DNA from: Octopus sinensis
Lineage: Eukaryota
Reading direction: 5' to 3'
Assembly: GCF_006345805.1 (NCBI RefSeq)
Contig: NW_021827896.1
Coordinates: 1-9,710, forward strand
DNA: 9,710 nucleotides
Below the pieces are notes generated by a model, which was not told the DNA's origin, ran no database searches, and saw only the letters and a list, made by a program, of their open reading frames with translations. Below are positions 7,762 through 9,710 of this stretch, one piece after another; position 1 is the first letter of the stretch; each line of letters begins with the position of its first letter. A program made the position numbers and the translations under genes.

Positions 7762-7940
7762 GCCACACCACACGTCAGTACACCATACTGTACTGCACCA
7801 CATTACATTATACAACCTTGCATTGTACTACATTATAGTATAGTACACTACAAACCACGCCACACTGTATCACAGCACACCACTTTACGCTACCCTGTAC
7901 AATACCATACGCACGTTGCACCTCACTGCATTTCACTATA
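7762..7940. repeat. Degenerate pentanucleotide microsatellite (CACTA/CACCA/TACTG-type)
   Basis: 5-bp periodicity, e.g. tacac catac tgtac tgcac cacat tacat tatac. Confidence 0.8.
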
Positions 7941-8516
7941 ATACCTATTACTATCCACAAGGGGCTAAACACAGAGAGGACAAACAAGGACAGACAAACG
8001 GATTAAGTCGATCGTACCGACCCCAGTGCGTAACTGGTACTTATTTAATCGATCCCGAAAGGATGCAAGGCAAAGTCGACCTCGGCGGAATTTGAACTCA
8101 GAACGTAGCGGCAGACCACTTCAATATAATACCTATTTCTTTACTACCCACAAGGGGTTACACATAGAGGGGACAAACAAGGACAGACAACGGATTAAGT
8201 CGATTATATCGACCCCAGTGCGTAACTGGTACTTATTTAATCGATCCCGAAAGGATGAAAGGCAAAGTCGACCTCGGTGGAATTTGAACTCAGAACGTAG
8301 CGGCACACCACTTCACTATAATACTTATTTCTTTACTACCCACAAGGGGCTAAACACAGAGGACAAACGAGGACAGACAAACGGATTAAGTCGATCATAT
8401 CGACCCCAGTGCGTAACTGGTACTTATTTAATCGATCCCGGAAGAATGAAAGGCAAAGTCGTCCTCGGCGGAATTTGAACTCAGAACGTAGCGGCACACC
8501 ACTTCACTGTAATACC
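7929..8516 (-). mobile_element. Tandem triplet of a 5'-truncated tRNA-derived CORE-like SINE (units of 188, 192 and 191 bp)
   Basis: Three highly similar units. The minus strand of each has a B-box GAGTTCAAAT(TCC), then gactttgcctt.catc...gggatcgattaaataagtaccag, then a common tail; there is no A-box. A 17-bp CACTTCACTATAATACC-like motif occurs four times (7929, 8117, 8309, 8500). Confidence 0.9.
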
Positions 8517-8570
8517 TTATTCCCATAACTTGCACACGATACAGACGAGTTCACTTACACTCCACTGAAA

Positions 8571-8933
8571 AGGAAGCTGGTGTGGGTGAGTTTTTACGAA
8601 GTTTGCTTCGCAATCACCAGGTCCTGAGTTCGATCCTGCTATGTGGCAACTCGAGCAAGTTTTTCTTTGTCGTCAGGTCGATCTCATCAACCCCTGTGAA
8701 TGAAAATGTGTAGACGAAAACTGTACACAAGCTCGTCGGGTGGATTGTATTAGTAATTCAAAAGATACAGTTTTGTTTTACATAATGTGCTACGATGATC
8801 CCTACCTGAGAATTATATTAAGGTTATAACTGTCTGTGGAATACACAGCCTCTTACATGTTAATTTAAGTAGTTCGTTGTTCAGTTGATCGATTTACCGA
8901 ACACTCTTCGTCGACGCTGACGGATGATCCATC
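8571..8933 (+). mobile_element. Old degenerate tRNA-derived SINE 'D': SINE A-type body joined to a SINE C-type tail
   Basis: B-box GAGTTCGATCC (8626-8636). GTAGACGAAAACTG (8710-8723) matches the reverse complement of 5384-5397 at 13/14. CAGCCTCTTACATGTTAATTT (8846-8866) matches 5964-5984 at 19/21. It ends gacgga...tccatc like SINE C. Confidence 0.78.
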
Positions 8934-9035
8934 GAACAAAAAGACTTGACATCATTTCCACATATTGCAGGACAGTTCACCAAACCACAACATACTAAAC
9001 ATTATTACAATGCTACCAATACCCTTCGTTTCTGA

Positions 9036-9710
9036 ACCACACATAAACATACACCACACCACCACACACACACACACAACACACACACACACACACACAT
9101 ACACACACACACGTACACACACACACACAACATACACACACACACACAACACACACACCAACATACACACACACACCACACACACCACACAAACATCCCA
9201 CACACACACAAACATACACACACAACACACACACACACAAACTACATACCCACACACACACACCACACACACAAACATACACACACACACACACACAACA
9301 CATACGTACACACACATACTACACACACACACACACCACACACACACACCATACGTACACACCAAACACACACACACACACACATACACACACACACGTA
9401 CACACACATACGTACACACACATACACATATTTTCAAGGCGGTGCTGCAGTATGGCAGCAGTCACCTGACTGAAACAAGTAAAGGAATACATATATATTA
9501 TTACACACAAACACACACACGCACACACACACACACCAAAACACACACATATACACCATATGCACATCATACGTGCACATATATCTACGTGCACCAACAT
9601 ACTCATGTACCCATATATTCACTTAAGCTTATACATATATACATGTGTGTATGTATGTATGTATGTATGTACGTACACACACACACACACACATATATGT
9701 ATATATATAT
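9036..9710. repeat. Compound (CA)n tract, with (TA)n and (GTAT)n near the window end
   Basis: Directly visible; source of the C/V-rich minus-strand ORFs. Confidence 0.95.
9433..9489 (+). mobile_element. Isolated ~57-bp 3' tail of the SINE A family (or its partner LINE) inside the CA tract
   Basis: ttcaaggcggtgctgcagtatggc...tgactgaaacaagtaaaggaata aligns to the reverse complement of 4582-4640 (ttcaaacggtgctccagcatggc...tgactgaaacaaataaaaaaagaata). Confidence 0.75.

Noticed and set aside
7929-8516. CRISPR-like alternation of a short repeat and longer segments; 150-aa ORF 8026..8478
   Set aside because: The 'spacers' are near-identical ~173-bp SINE copies, the context is eukaryotic and there are no cas genes. 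The ORF is antisense SINE sequence read in shifting frames.
6601-9622. Cys/Val- and His/Thr-rich ORFs resembling metallothionein-like proteins
   Set aside because: Direct translations of (GT)n/(CA)n dinucleotide repeats.

Overview
This is non-coding, repeat-saturated eukaryotic DNA (intronic or intergenic). The repeat families resemble, from memory and without a database check, those of coleoid cephalopods, probably Octopus. I find no credible host protein-coding exon. The only recognisable protein similarity is a 240-bp 5'-truncated RTE/BovB-clade LINE end (808-1047) with a perfect 10-bp target-site duplication (TSD). The window also holds a complete 399-bp non-autonomous Helitron (4076-4474, minus strand). 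At least five tRNA-derived SINE-type elements share head, body and tail modules in different combinations; some are nested, and one is amplified to a tandem triplet bounded by a 17-bp repeat. Large microsatellite or low-complexity tracts (GTT/ATT, GGT, CT, GAGT, GT, CA) fill much of the rest. Two short unique islands dense in transcription-factor motifs (3440-3545, 7260-7500) may be cis-regulatory. Nearly all listed ORFs are microsatellite or SINE artefacts. I see no evidence for a new protein-based system; the most interesting signals are the SINE module shuffling and the mechanisms readable from the junctions.
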